The notes beneath the pieces are model-generated. The model saw nothing but the letters and a program-made list of their open reading frames with translations, did not search any database and had not been told where the DNA came from. From Amoebophrya sp. A120 (Eukaryota; Protista; Dinoflagellata), in the NCBI GenBank assembly GCA_905178155.1, contig CAJINV010000012.1, positions 2,395,407 through 2,459,406 on the forward strand: a DNA stretch of 64,000 bases, in the 5' to 3' direction. A program made the position numbers and the translations under genes. This document shows, piece by piece, positions 36,701 to 49,264 of the stretch; position 1 is the stretch's first letter, and each line of letters starts with the position of its first letter.

Positions 36701-39383
36701 GCAAAATATGCATGACAAACCTGGCAATCTTCCAGACGACCCAGACATATTTGCATTTCATATTGTGAAACGATCAGAATTTGCCGGCCCGCAACCGTGT
36801 TCACGCGGTACATGAGGAAAAAGTGCATCACCTATCCTGAGTAAAAACGTACCCACACCAGAGTTGTAACGCAGATTTGCAAAGACTGGAAGACTTGTAA
36901 TGCGCATCCCCATGAGAGCCATTTCCAATCGTGTTTTGGAATTTGTGATGCTGTGAACAGGATCAGCAGGTCGATTTGCGATGCGGCTTTGCTTGCTAAC
37001 TGGCACTACCTTACAGACTGAGACTTGTCATGCGTGACTCCCAAAACTCCTAGGTTTGTGTTGCAAAATCCCCATCTTGACTCTGGTGTGGGTACGTTTT
37101 TACTCAGGATATCACCAGGTCGACAAAAAAGACGAAATCGATGACACGGCTGAACCAAAACGCAAAGCCCCCGATCTCCAGGTCCAGCAGTGCTGCTTCG
37201 TAGGGGGTGAAGAAACACACAACGACGAGAAAAATGGCGGATATCGCAAAGAAAAATCCCCCCTCCCCATATCGAAAAGAAAACTTGCGATGCTAATTTG
37301 TGAACACAAATCAGCTCTGTCCTGCATACAAGGCCGCAAACGGCACCTCCCATGTGGCCCATTTTACAGCGAGTCTGTCATGCGTTTTTGCCTATGTCGG
37401 ACCTGTTTCTCATGCTCACCTGCTAGCCGGATGCGTAGTACCCAAACAGGCTTATAATACGCCGGAAAGCTCTTGCAGCAATAGAAAGCCTATCTGTATA
37501 CACAAATCTAGCAACACAAATTGTCTTTTGAATACTTATGGGGTGGGGGCTTTTTTCACTTTGATAGCGGAGGTGGTTTGCACGGTCGCCGCAAAGCGGC
37601 TGTCGTCCTATGCATTGCAAATGTGTCTGGGTCTGGAAAGAATGAATGGGATTTGTGATGCTAGTTGTCGGTCACACAAAAATCTGTATTGCAAGAGAGG
37701 AAAAAGAGACGACTCAGATTGTTGCCACCCGGAGGGGGCGTTTCTCATGAAGTTTAGGCATGAGCAAATCTTTGCGGGAGCTGTGACGCTAAAGCATGCA
37801 TCAGAGGCATCGGATTCGGAAGCCATGTACAATTTGCATGACAAACTCCCCAAACCTTCCAGACCCAGACGTATTTGCATTTGATACGTCCGGGTTGATC
37901 ACGTACTGGTTGCTCCGCGACTGGAGCGAAATCCGCAACGAGTCCGCCTCCCGAAAAATTGTTTCGCGTCTGGCATTATCCTGTGCAAAAGTATCGCACT
38001 CGTAGTAATTGCAGTCATGCATTTACAAATTTTTTTGCTCAAGGTAAATCCGCATGACAAATTTCATTTCTCATGCTGAGGGAATTTGTCATGCATTTAT
38101 ACGAGTACGATGCTTTTGCAATCCATAGGCATCAATGTTGGTCGGCGTTGGCGGCGAAGCGGCTCTAGAAGTACTGGATGTTGGGTGTAGTGGTTGCAGC
38201 TCGGTAGACCCCCGGGTTGTAGAAGTAGCACTTATTATTTGCGGATGTTGGTTCTTTGGTGCGCGTGCGGAACTTGTTCCACCTCGACGGCCATGCTGCG
38301 CATTCGGATCCGAGCTGTTGTTTGTCACGAACCAACCCATATCCTGTGCAAAAGTATCGCGCTTGTACTAATTGCAGTTATGCATGACAAATTTCCCTTC
38401 CAAGGTAAAACAGCATGACAAATTCAATTTTTCATGCTGAGAAAATTTGTAATGCTATTTGTACTAGTACGATGCTTTTGCAATGCATAACCCACACGGG
38501 AAACCGTGTTCTCGGAAAAAGTCGGCAGTTTGTTTATAACCTGCTCAGGTGTTACAATCTCAAACGGTACAATAGAATCTGGAATTTGTATTGCATGAAG
38601 ACAGAGCATGAGGAACGCTGAGAATATTGAGCTTTTCGCAATACAAATTTTGCCGGATTTCAGACGGGTTTGGGGCTCCGAAACTTGTCATGCGCAATCC
38701 TATGACAGTTGGCTAGATCATGCACTCCTGCATCACAGATTTCCATATTCTATTGGAACGTTTGAGATTGTAACACCTGAGCGGGTTATATTGTTTGGCC
38801 CTTTTCGGAGGTTCATCGACGCTTGTCCAGCGCCCTTGTTCGAAGAAGGAGACGAACCTAGCCCGAGGAGGTTCTGCGTCCCGTGAAAGACTTTACTCGA
38901 AGAATTGGAAATCTTGTCGAAGGAAGCGTCCAAAAAACTCTTTTCTTTGCTGTTGGACCGCTCTATGTCGGCTATCTTCTTGTGGTACTTCTCCAAAGCG
39001 CCGGCGGTCTATCCTGTGTAAAAACGTCTTCCCCGCCCCAGCAAATGCGTCGTGCTAGTCTGCACACTTAAAATGTAGTTTCTCATGCGGAGCCCCATGA
39101 GAAGCATTTTCTAGCAGTTTTTTGGACTTTCTGACGCTCGAATTCGCCTACTGCGCTATGGCTGTGATGCTGCTGAGCTAGCTTAACAGAATCACGATTA
39201 CGCCGCCAGGGCCAGCTTTGTCATGCGCAAGAACCAGCAAAGCTGGCTGATTTATCTAGCAGATTTTCCATCTTGACTCTGGGGCGGGGTCGTTTTTACG
39301 TCGGATATATTCATGGTCGTCTTCATCTTTTTCGCCTGGGCGCGCGTCACACCGACGGAAAGAATGCCTCCAGAGGACGCCAT
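30778..39383 (-). CDS. Voltage-gated K+ channel with cyclic-nucleotide-binding domain (KCNH/EAG/HCN-like); 18 introners
   Basis: Continuous spliced frame: YVINPDSRF, FTPYEAA, IDFVFFVDLVMHF, NYIKTWFIVDFLAVFP, S4 LRALRLLRLGK, AHWLACVW, pore LTSIGYGDIVP, S6, C-linker LRKRLRQFF and MSPTLQAEV, CNBD YAQGEPI..WGEDILL. Confidence 0.93.
31565..31869. mobile_element. Introner family G (TATTACAGTGAAAAATGCCCCCACCC)
   Basis: DR AACTG. Confidence 0.92.
32240..32539. mobile_element. Introner family O (TATGAGA.TGCACAA)
   Basis: DR TCCCT/TCGTT; frame restored. Confidence 0.82.
32580..32728. mobile_element. Introner family A
   Basis: DR CACGT. Confidence 0.92.
32806..32956. mobile_element. Introner family A
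   Basis: DR GCAGC; right end reads GTA. Confidence 0.9.
33004..33318. mobile_element. Introner family C
   Basis: DR GCCCG. Confidence 0.92.
33508..33620. mobile_element. Introner family L
   Basis: DR ATCTT. Confidence 0.9.
33807..34039. mobile_element. Introner, A-like and diverged
   Basis: TAT...ATA ends; DR eroded but removing 5 nt is in frame (FAC-GLIS). Confidence 0.78.
34120..34377. mobile_element. Introner family B, subfamily shared with 60395 and 63542
   Basis: DR CGGTG. Confidence 0.92.
35548..35857. mobile_element. Introner family C
   Basis: DR GTTGA. Confidence 0.92.
36150..36434. mobile_element. Introner family B
   Basis: DR CGAGC/CGGCC. Confidence 0.88.
36495..36762. mobile_element. 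Introner family B
   Basis: DR TTGGG/TTGTG. Confidence 0.88.
36833..37111. mobile_element. Introner family D
   Basis: DR TCACC. Confidence 0.92.
37242..37566. mobile_element. Introner, family G-like
   Basis: DR GCGGA. Confidence 0.9.
37609..37886. mobile_element. Introner family B
   Basis: DR CGTCC. Confidence 0.92.
37977..38127. mobile_element. Introner family A
   Basis: DR GGCAT. Confidence 0.92.
38340..38489. mobile_element. Introner family A
   Basis: DR ACCCA. Confidence 0.92.
38535..38790. mobile_element. Introner family N (TATAACC.GCTCAGGTGTTACAATCTCAAACG)
   Basis: Near-perfect TIR over 30 bp; DR TTGTT. Confidence 0.92.
39010..39307. mobile_element. Introner family S
   Basis: DR eroded (CGGTC/TATTC); removing 5 nt is in frame. 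Confidence 0.82.
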
Positions 39384-40781
39384 ACTGCAGCCGAGCGGAC
39401 GAGAGTCGACTTTTTCTTCACAGTTCCTAGATAAAGGACACGACGACCTCTAGGTGGTCACGAGCAGAGCCAGAAAAACCTCAACCCAGTTGCTCAATAT
39501 GACGCCTGATATGTAGAAGGTCCTGTAGCTAAGTACTATGTAGTAGGGTCGCGGAAGCTTTACTTGAGCACGCATTTTTTATGCGCAACGGGGAACGAGC
39601 AGTTTGATGACAGACGAGGTACTCACTTTGACTCATGGTAGAAATGGGGGGGACAAAATGTTGTGCCTGTAATCACGTTAATCATGACTGGAAAAATTCA
39701 AATTGGACGTCCGAGTTCCGAACTCGTTTGATATGTTGAATCAACGAAGGTGGTAACAAGTAGGTTGGTTCCGGATGTCGACGACATAACAACAATGGAA
39801 AATACAAAAATATGAAGCACGACACGATTTGAAAAATGAGAATGACCAAGACAACCTGGACCTGCATGACTCCACGAGCAAAATACTTTACTGCATCCCA
39901 GTACTGATTTTTGCACGGTGCGTGACGACCAAGCCAGAGCGAACGTCTCAAGATCAGAAAAAGAACGATATCATGCTCTTGCAGACGTCGAGAAACCGAG
40001 AAGGAGCAACGCAGCGGCATTTATGTTTATGGGCGTTGTAACTAAATGTACTGCTATTACCACCGACACATAAGAGACTATTACCACCGACACTAATAGA
40101 TAGGCACTTCCTCAAACAAGAAGCCGAATGCGCGTTTTCTTTGCTTCCACGAAGATTTGGCGCACCAGAAGGCGCATCTCAGAAATTAAAACAGAAACCA
40201 AATGGCAAATAATAATATACTACTCGTGTACAACAACTAGAACTACTTAATATAATGTTAATAAAGATAAAAAACCAACGCTGATGCTCAGTGAACGACC
40301 TGCACGACAGCAAAACTAGGCCAGTACGGAAAGTGCGACTAGAAAAAATTGCATGGTGGACACAAAATTTTGTACATGTGCGATTTCGCCATCGCCGTCT
40401 CATGTTTTAGTATGTGGAGTACAATAGGGCTAACATTGTCGGACCGCTGTCTGTCGCAGGAACCAAATGAAAAAAAAAAAAACATCGATGACGAAGCCGA
40501 ATGCACATGGCAGCGATTATGGGACGAACGATCATAACATTGTAACTTAGAAGTGGAGAGCCATAGTTTAGGAAAGCAGAGACAAAGTGAAAAAGCGAAA
40601 ATATATAGGAAGAAATACGCATACACACACTGTTGCAACGAGCTGATGAGTGTGTCCATTTAGATGATATAGAAAGAAAGATGATCATAGTAGTGATGAA
40701 GTTGACAAGTTATTAAGATTAAGAACCTGATACAAAAAATACTTAAAAATGCAAGTGAGTATAGCTTTAGCCATAGCTTTC

Positions 40782-43700
40782 TTAATGGGGGTGTTCCGCT
40801 GTCGTGGATGCGCTCGCAGGGCCGGTCGCAGCGGGGGAGACCGGCAGCGGCAGGGCGAGAAAAGATCGTGCAGCAGCATGCTCATCCTGCACCTTAACTG
40901 GCGCAAGCCATAGTGCTCGGCAAGATAGTTGCAGAGTATCGTGTTCATCGAGTAGCCCTTCCACGAAGACCGTGCCGAGATTCATGACCTCGAGCACCAT
41001 CGTCTCAGCGAAATCATTCAAATGACACACTGGCGCGGGCGGGTCTATCCGCAGCAGCGGCGTCACGCCGTTCGGCTCCATCAAGTGTATCCGGCGGGGA
41101 TCTTCCTCTCGGGGAGCGGGATCGCAGCCATCCTTGAAATAATAGCTCCCGTCGAGAAACGTCGACTCCGCGACGATAATGACGGTACGACCGTATAAAG
41201 TTTCGTCCTGCAAGATTCGGTCCGTAAAACCATAGAAAAAATCGAAACTCCCATTGGCTTCACTTTCAACGAACGACCCGTCATTCATCATGGGAACACC
41301 CGCCCACTCATATCCGTCTCTCCAGCTTTTTTTGTCAGATACATCATAAAATTGTGCGAACTCGCCTCCCAAGGTTTGATCGTCTGGATTTGGATTAAAA
41401 TCAAAATCTTGGATGAGTCGGACACTTTTAAACTTTTCGTGATTTTTCCACTCCGACCAGTCGGTTCCGATGTTTTCGATGACAGGAGGCGCGTGTGGTT
41501 CTACTTTTCCATGACGAGAAGTCATTGGCCTCAACTCAGAAATCAGTCTGATTTTATTTTTCGGCAACGCCCCGCCTTTTTGTTTTTTCCTATTTTCGGA
41601 CGTGAAGTCTGGGACGTCGGCCCCCAGCAAAAAAGAATCCAGAGTCTGCATCGCACGCAACATCGGGGACACGAAAAATATCACATCCTTGAAAAACGTT
41701 TCCGGATCCTCATGCAACGTCTTCTGCACGTACTCCGTCACAAAATTTTTCCCGGCTTTCCTGGTCATCGCTTCACCCATGCAACCGGTCATGACTTCGG
41801 GCGTTCTCCTCGGCTTTTCGTCCCGTGCGCCCGCGCCCGCGCCCGCCGGGCACGTCTTACTATTCTCGGTGGTCAGTGGCGGATCGGGGACTGCATTTAC
41901 AGAATTTCTTTCAAATTCCCCAGTACCTATTAGAAGGATGCGCTTCGGCATGAGGGGCCAAAGCGCCTGACAAGTCGGCTTTTCCCTTGTTAGTCCTGCT
42001 TGATTCGTGATCTCGAAAACCTCAGAGACGTCGAGCAGGTTGATCTCCTTTCGAGAAAAGGGCGTCCCATCAAAATCCTTCAACTTTATTATGGGAATGA
42101 AAAATATTCCCTCGTCCACCCCTGCCACACTGCGACCAAGGCTCTCACTCGAATAGATCCTGTCGCGGGGATGCGATAGATTTTTTACTCATACGGGATG
42201 CATATTTATTATTGATGGCCACAGATATAGATAACGGCCAATCTTTCTAATACTGCCATAGCCAAGCTATCTTCCGTCCTGTAAGGATAAGCCGACGTTG
42301 TTGCAGCTCTTTGTCAAGCTGATGAAGCAAGGTTTTCGGTTCCTGATTCTGCAAGGGGAAAACATAAAAAAAGGGTAGGTCATTCATTGTATCTATTGAC
42401 ATACTGAGGACCACGCTGGAAGTAGCTGCGCCTGCGGCATAGAAATGCTATTTAGACGAGAACTCTCTCCGAAAAACTCCAGCCTTTACCGGCGTTTCGG
42501 CCTGTGAAAGTCCTTCGTGCTTTCGTAGCTCGACATTCACTACGCGCTTCTCTGTGGCATGAAGCTGAGGTAATATAATAGTGTCCTTTCTCTATTGATA
42601 TCGACTCCGTTTAGATTGTCAAAACCCATGGAACCATCTTTCCAGGTACCACCTTTCGCGTCCAGGAAGACCGGGTCGGTGACGATCAGAATCGTGTGCA
42701 AGCCCGATAGCCTGGCTGCGCGCTCGTCGATAGCCTTAGCATCCGTGGTCGCGGGTACTGCCACTAGGTCCCGCAAAAACTGGAAGAATACCCCAGCGTC
42801 TTCGCCAATTCTTCCTGCAGCATGTGCCGTCCAGGGATTAGTTTCCAGCGGGCCGTAAAATTCAGCGTATGGATATTTGCCTTGGCGCCAACCCGCCAAG
42901 AACCGAATGTTGTGAAAAGGTGATGCATATAAGTTGTACCAATCTCCAAACGGGGTGCCCTTGTTGTTAACAGGGTAAGTGTCGTGACCTATTGGGCGCA
43001 GCTCCGGAGCGAAAAATATGCGCGGTATCTTCTTCTTCTTCTCTTCCGCTCGAGGACGCTTTTCGGGAAAAAGCAAGCCTGGCTCCGCGCCCTGCAGGAA
43101 AAAGTCCAGAGTTTGCAGAGAGCGAAGCATTGGCGAGCAGATGAAAACAGTCCCGGAATCGACCACGACCTGGCTCGACTCGTGGTGTTCTTTCCTTTTG
43201 CTTTGAACGTGCGCAGCGAATCTTTCCCCAGCTGCCTTCGCCTGTTGCTTTCCAAAAGGAGAGAGCGGCGCGTCTTTGGCTGGGCGAAACGGTCTTTCAT
43301 AACCCGAGCTCCAGGCCGCGTACCGTCGTTCCATAAATGTGGGCTCCTCCGATTCCGTATAATCACCAGTTCCCATTATGTAAATTTTTGGTTGTTCTTG
43401 CCCCTGCGGCCGAGATAAGCTGGCACTTTCTACTGCAGCTTCTGCTCCTGGCGAACTTGCTGCTGCTGCAGCAGATCCGTCACCGCCACCACCAACATCG
43501 GCTCCGTCGCCTCCACCTGCTGGAGAAGCTGGAGGGCTACCTCCACCTCCTTCTCCTCCAGGCACACTTGTTGAAGGACCCGCAGGCGCACTTGGACTTG
43601 CGGCTGCCAATCCTGATGGCAATTTTGAAGCTGTTTTTTGTTCTTGAAAAGTTGGCACTTTTGAAGCTTGCGGCTCTTCCGGTGGCACCTCGTCCCCGGC

Positions 43701-46189
43701 CGCTGGAAATAAAAAAGGATCATCACCAACACGATCAGCACGAGCTGGAGTAAGGCCGTGGCTCCCGCCGCCATCGCCATCTCCGCCTCCTCCTCCTCCC
43801 TGCCCCCCGCCATCTACGTTTATCCTTCCGCTCGGCCGCAGTGTTGCGGGATCTGCAGGAAGACCACCACCTCCTCCTCCTCCTCCAGCGACTTCTTGTG
43901 GGGGACGGGTTGCAGCTCCTCCACCCGCACGTCCACCTCCACCTCCTGCATTCGCTCCTGGTCCTGATGCAGATTCTTCTACAATAGGCGCACTGTGGGC
44001 CACGGGTGTCGCAGGAGGTCCTCGTCCACCTCCTCCGCCTGGCCCTGCACCTTGTCGACGATCAGCAGGACGAGCGCTTTCTTCGCTGCCTCCGTTTTTG
44101 TACCCGCAGCACTGGTCGTTGTCACGGTCAAAATTCTTTGAGCTGGGGGCCACTGGCTGCGTGGTTCTTGCTCCGCCCGCGCCACTGTTGGCACCATCGC
44201 CTCCATTGCCACTTCCTGCTGCTTGAGGCGGCGCCAAGGTGTCTTTTTGCAACGCCGAGTTACTTCGAATCGGCTCGTCGTCCGTGCCCGCGCGCGCGCC
44301 ATTGCTCGGCCGCTCCTGCGCATCATCATCCCCAGGGTGGCTGGCTGCTGGCGGCGCTGAGGGCAAGGTGTCTCGTTTTTGTAGTGCCGAAAAGTTTGCA
44401 GTTGCAGGATCATCATCCGCGCTCGAACGCACGGCATCTTTGGATTTTGCACCATCGTTTCCCTGGTTTTGGCTGGTGCTGGCTACTGGCGCCGCCAAGG
44501 TGCCTTGTTTTTGCAACGCCGAGTGTGCCGGATCGCCATCCGCGCCCGGACGCTCACCATATTTAGACTTCGCATCATCATTTTGGCTGCCGGCTGCTGG
44601 TGGCGCAAGGGTGTCTTGATCTTGTTTTTGCAAAGCCGAGTTTACCGGATCGTCAACATTCACGCCCCCGCGCACACCATTTTTGGACTCTGCATCACCA
44701 TAATTTCCCTGGTTTGCATTGCTGGCTGCTGGCGAAGCCACGGAGGTGTCTTTTTGTACCGAAGCAATCGGGGCCGCGGGTTCTGGGTAAAACGAAAACT
44801 CATCATCGTCAACGTCCGGTTTGCGTTTGCCGCTGTCCTGCTTTTGTAACGCCAAATTCGTGTTAGGTTCACCCGCGCCCCTCGCATCGGTTTTTGACCC
44901 GGCATCGCCTCCATGGTAACTTCTGGCCACGGGCGGTGCCATACCGTCTTGTTTTTGTAGCACCGAATTCGCAGTAGCTTCTGCATCGTCCGCGCTTGCT
45001 TGCGCACCAGTGGTCGGATCGGCGTCATCGTCTCCATGACTGCCGGCTGCAGGCGGAGCCATGGTGTCTTGCTTTTCTGGTAATGCTGGCTTCGCAGCCT
45101 CGTCCGCGCCCGCCCCAGTTTTCGACCCAGCATCATCATCTCCAAAGTTCTTCTTGTTGGCTGTGGGAGGAGCTGCCCCCTCCAAGGCTCTTTTTTGTAA
45201 CGCCGAATTTCCTGGCTCGACGTCCGCGCTCGCAGCATTTTTCGAACCGGTATCATCGTCTCCATGACTACTGGCTGCGGGCGGAGCCAAGGTCGTGTCT
45301 TCTTTTTGTAGTGCGGATTTTGCAGCATTTCTTTGGGCTTCGTCGGCGCTCGCGGCGTGCGTGGCCGTTTTCGGCATGGCATCATCATCTCCATGATCGC
45401 TGGCTGCGGGCGGAGGGGAGGAGTCTTGTTTTTCCAACGCCGCACTCGCCGGGCCATCTGCGCTCGCCTCATTTTTCGGCGTGGAATGATCATCTTCATT
45501 GTTCTTGCTGTCCGCTGCGGGCAGTAGAGCCAAGGCGTCATCTTCTTGCTTTTGCAGCGCCGCACTCGCCGGGCCATCCGCGCTTGCGCCATTTTTCATC
45601 GAATCGACAGCATCATCTACTCCATGAAGACTGCTAACTCCTCCCGAAGGCAAAGTCAAGGCGTCTTTTTCCAGCGCACCAAAAATCGAAGCCACGGTTT
45701 CTGGGTCAAACACCGACTGCTCGTCAAGGTCGTCGTCCACCCACTTGTCTATGCAAGACAAAAACTGTGTAAGCGTAAATCTGTGATGCAGAAAATGCAA
45801 AACAGTTACACTTGTCATGCTCGACATGCATGATCGGCTTCGGCCCGCTTCCTATGTGTTTTCCCTTCCTATCTGCGCATAAAAAGTTTTCCTGTCATGG
45901 CAGACAAACTTGTGATGCTGTTTTCCCAAAAGACTCACACTATATAAGTACAGTTTTTTTCTTGGATACTGTCGCTGCATTTTTCCACGTCCAAGCGCGA
46001 ACCGTCGCCGCCGAAGCAGCCAAGCTCGAAGCCGGCGTTGCTCTGCTTTTCTTCTACTTCGTCCGCAGTTTGTTTGTAGTTCTTCATCTTGTCCGGCTGC
46101 ACAGCCTCCACTCCCAGTCTGGTTGTGAAGAACATATCAGTGCTGGCGGGCAGTAGTAGGTGGAGGTAGGTACCACGAACAAAGGGCAT
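40782..46189 (-). CDS. Repeat-rich protein with two histidine-phosphatase (PGAM-like) domains lacking the catalytic RHG motif
   Basis: DAPLSPFGKQQA, SPMLRSLQTL/SPMLRAMQTL and PELRP/SELRP motifs. ORFs 40782-42128 and 42540-45827 join in frame through a GT-AG intron at 42130-42543; first exon joins through introner 45750-45968. About 12 SALQK repeats. Confidence 0.7.
45750..45968. mobile_element. Introner family P (TAT.CAAGA.AAAAACTGT)
   Basis: DR TTGTC/CTGTC; frame restored. Confidence 0.85.
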
Positions 46190-46467
46190 CAAAGCGAAAA
46201 TCTCATCGGAAGTAGATCTTGGAGCTTGTGCAGTAATTAAATCTACTTCGAAAAAGCAGCCTTTCTTTCGTCACGTTGGCTAATTTTTCAAGTCGAGCAT
46301 TATAATATAGCTTTTCTACGTCCACAACAACATAACCCGCCAGATGAAGCAACTACGGAGTATGCCTTGTAGTAGAGGTCACAGTTTTCTTCGAAAATAA
46401 AAGAGGTGGAACAATTCAAATTCTTCACAAGCTGTTACAGGCAGCTTTATTGCATTTATTCCAAGAA

Positions 46468-47570
46468 CTACACGAGCTGCCGTGAAGATTTTCTTGGATA
46501 GAGGTCGCGCCACTGAAATTCAGTACCGCTCCAGTAGCGGCGGAAACGAAGTTCATTTTGCGCGAAAACAAGAAGCGCCGGGCGGGGGAGGTTGGCCTGG
46601 TTCTCATGCTGGATGTCGTGGACAAACAGGATGTCTTCGTTGATGGCCCCAATAGTGATGAAATCCCGCTGCTCATCCTCATCGCGAAGAACGACGGAGG
46701 TCCCCCACGTTGTTCCTCGCTCGGCCGCGTCGGAGCAGTTTGGCCGATAGCTGAGGGGAAAGAGTTGTGTTGTTTTTGACAATTCATTTCGATTTCCTCC
46801 TTCATCTTCTTTTTCTTCCTCGCGCTCATCCGCAACGCGGCGCTCGTAGTAGATGGAGTCCAGGACGATCGTGTCTCAGTCGCAGTGGTTGACGCTTCAA
46901 AATCGATCCCCTGCTTGTGCTTCGCAATGCAGGAGGATTCTTGTACTTCGCCGAGGCGGGGGGCAAACAAGGGCTCATGTTTCGGTGGTTGATCTCGTCC
47001 TTCATCCGGGGCCGACCTAAAGTCAAGTTTTGTCAAATAAGAACCCAAATCCACAGATTTCAAGTCTACATCCGCCTAGAAGAGGATCCGAGGATCCAGC
47101 ACGAGCACCACAAACAAGATATTTATTAGTAATTATCTGCATTCAACCAATGACCTACTTGCTTCAGTGTTGACTACACATCGTGCTCTGTAAGTCATCA
47201 ATATCTCGTCGTTTTTGTTTTTTTTCATATGTGTGGAGGCCAGCATTTTGATTTTCTTGCGAAGCTCGGTGAATTCCCCAAAAAAATGCCTCAAAAGTAG
47301 AATCTAAATGTACTCAGGAATGAAGGTCGCCTTCCACTTGCAGGACTGGGTCCGCAGCTCCTCGCCGGACATCTCTTCCGGATGAACCCCGGACGGGGTT
47401 CCACTTGTTGACATCATTGCTTGCGCGGACTTGGAGCGAGAAAGCTGCCGGGACCGGGTCACCTTCTCGAGCATCAACTTTTTCGCGCCGGAAGACGTTG
47501 GTCGTCGAAGTGCTTGCACCGTGGTACAGCAAGCTACTTTTGCTAGTAGTGTCTTTGTAGAAAAAAACAC
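46468..47570 (-). CDS. Hypothetical protein, probably two exons
   Basis: ORFs 47304-47570 and 46468-46782 have protein-like composition; junction not resolved. Confidence 0.3.
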
Positions 47571-49264
47571 TACTTTGCTTTCGGTAGAAGTCGGTGCTGC
47601 TCGTTGGCCGTCACATGCATAGAGGGTTCCTCTTGCGACAGTTGATGGCTGAAGTTGTTGTAGTGATTCTGTATCCCTTGTTCCGTGGAGTTCTTCTAGT
47701 TAGTAGAAAACTTCTACGAAAAAGGACGAGGACACTAAGAGAAGTAATTAACACCAGGGGGCGACGTGCTCGCGTAGAAGTCCTGCAAAAGAAGTTCTTG
47801 TTGCACAGACGACGACGGTGCTGGAGTCTTGGTGGACCTGGTGCACAACGAAGTGCAGAACCAGAACAAGAAAAAAATTTTTTGCACGTAGTATTTACTG
47901 GTCGTAGGTGTAGTAGCTCGTGCTGAACACGTGCAAGACGAAACCTAACAATGTGAATACAACGTAAAAATGGTAAAAGTGGAGACGAGGGCTTCAAGAA
48001 GGTTGTGAAAGTGGGGTTGAAATTGTGATTTGAACGAGGATTGGATATCGTGTTCAATATCCTACCTGATGAAGTAGAGTTTGGGAATTTATTTTCGGTC
48101 GAAGCCAGCATCAGCTATGTAGAAAGAGGGCAACGGCTTGCTCACGACCACACGATGGCTCTATGTTTGCACGATGAAGACTTCTGGCCACGCACGAGAA
48201 AGCCGGCATCTTGTGGCTGTCTTGCGACCGAGAGAGACAAATAGTTGACGGCGTTTTTGTGGCAGTACGATTATAATATTTTCAAACAGAAACACCACGA
48301 CCACGACTTCCATCGTCCATCACAAAAATTACCGACTGCAAGTTTTTGGCTCACACCTTCATCTCGGACGAAATGATGAAATGGAAATCAGAGCTGTCAC
48401 ACAACAACCAAGCAGCTAAATAAGTAGAACCGAACGACAAATCAGCATTGCGTAGTAGTCACACCGAAGATCAAAACGATCTGCACGAAGCAGAAAACCG
48501 ATTTTTGTCTTGTTCTTCGGGACAAAACGCACGTAGGGCGAGACCGACACACAACAAGAAGGAGCTACCTAGTGCTTTCAGGTATAGTACTTGCCTATCT
48601 GCTGGTCGTCATGGAAGATTCAAGAGGGGTTGATGTGTAGGTCGAAGTTGTAGTACGTGCCTACGCGCGTCTCCAACAGCTGGTAGTGCAGTGCGAGTAT
48701 AAAAAATATGCGATGTGAAATAAACTAGCACTTCTACAGAAGTCTATTTTCTTTCATCGTCGTTAGATCAACTGCGTCGAAGAAAGCAGGACGAGCATCA
48801 CAAACAGGGAAGGGCCTATATCAGTTCTTTCGTGGAATATTAGCATTACAAACTGCTTGGACTAACAACTTCTACGTTTGTTTTACACACGACGGACTAC
48901 AAGAGACCGAGACGTCAGGACCCAACATCTTCACTCGAAATAAACGTTGATCGAAAATCGAAAAAATTCAAGGAAGTAGAATGGCCACGTGGTGCTGGGA
49001 TCCAGCGGGGAGGTGTCGTGGACCACTGCCTTCTAGCTTTTTTTGCAAATTTTCGTTGGAAAACACTATTTTTATGCGAACTCGAGTTATCCACCGTGCA
49101 TGCTGGCCTGCGACTTGTACGTATTTTTTTTTCCTGCTCGCTCCACCTGCCTCGGTCGTGTGGCACGTTGTATGTTGTCACCAAGCACCAGTTTGTTCCG
49201 CTGTACTTCCAAAACATAAAGCCTGTGTTCTTCTATTACTCGGTCATCATGATCTGGCCGCTGC

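Noticed and set aside
47594-48244. Plus-strand ORFs at 47594-47926 and 48041-48244
   Set aside because: Short, no recognisable motif, and opposite to the local gene polarity.
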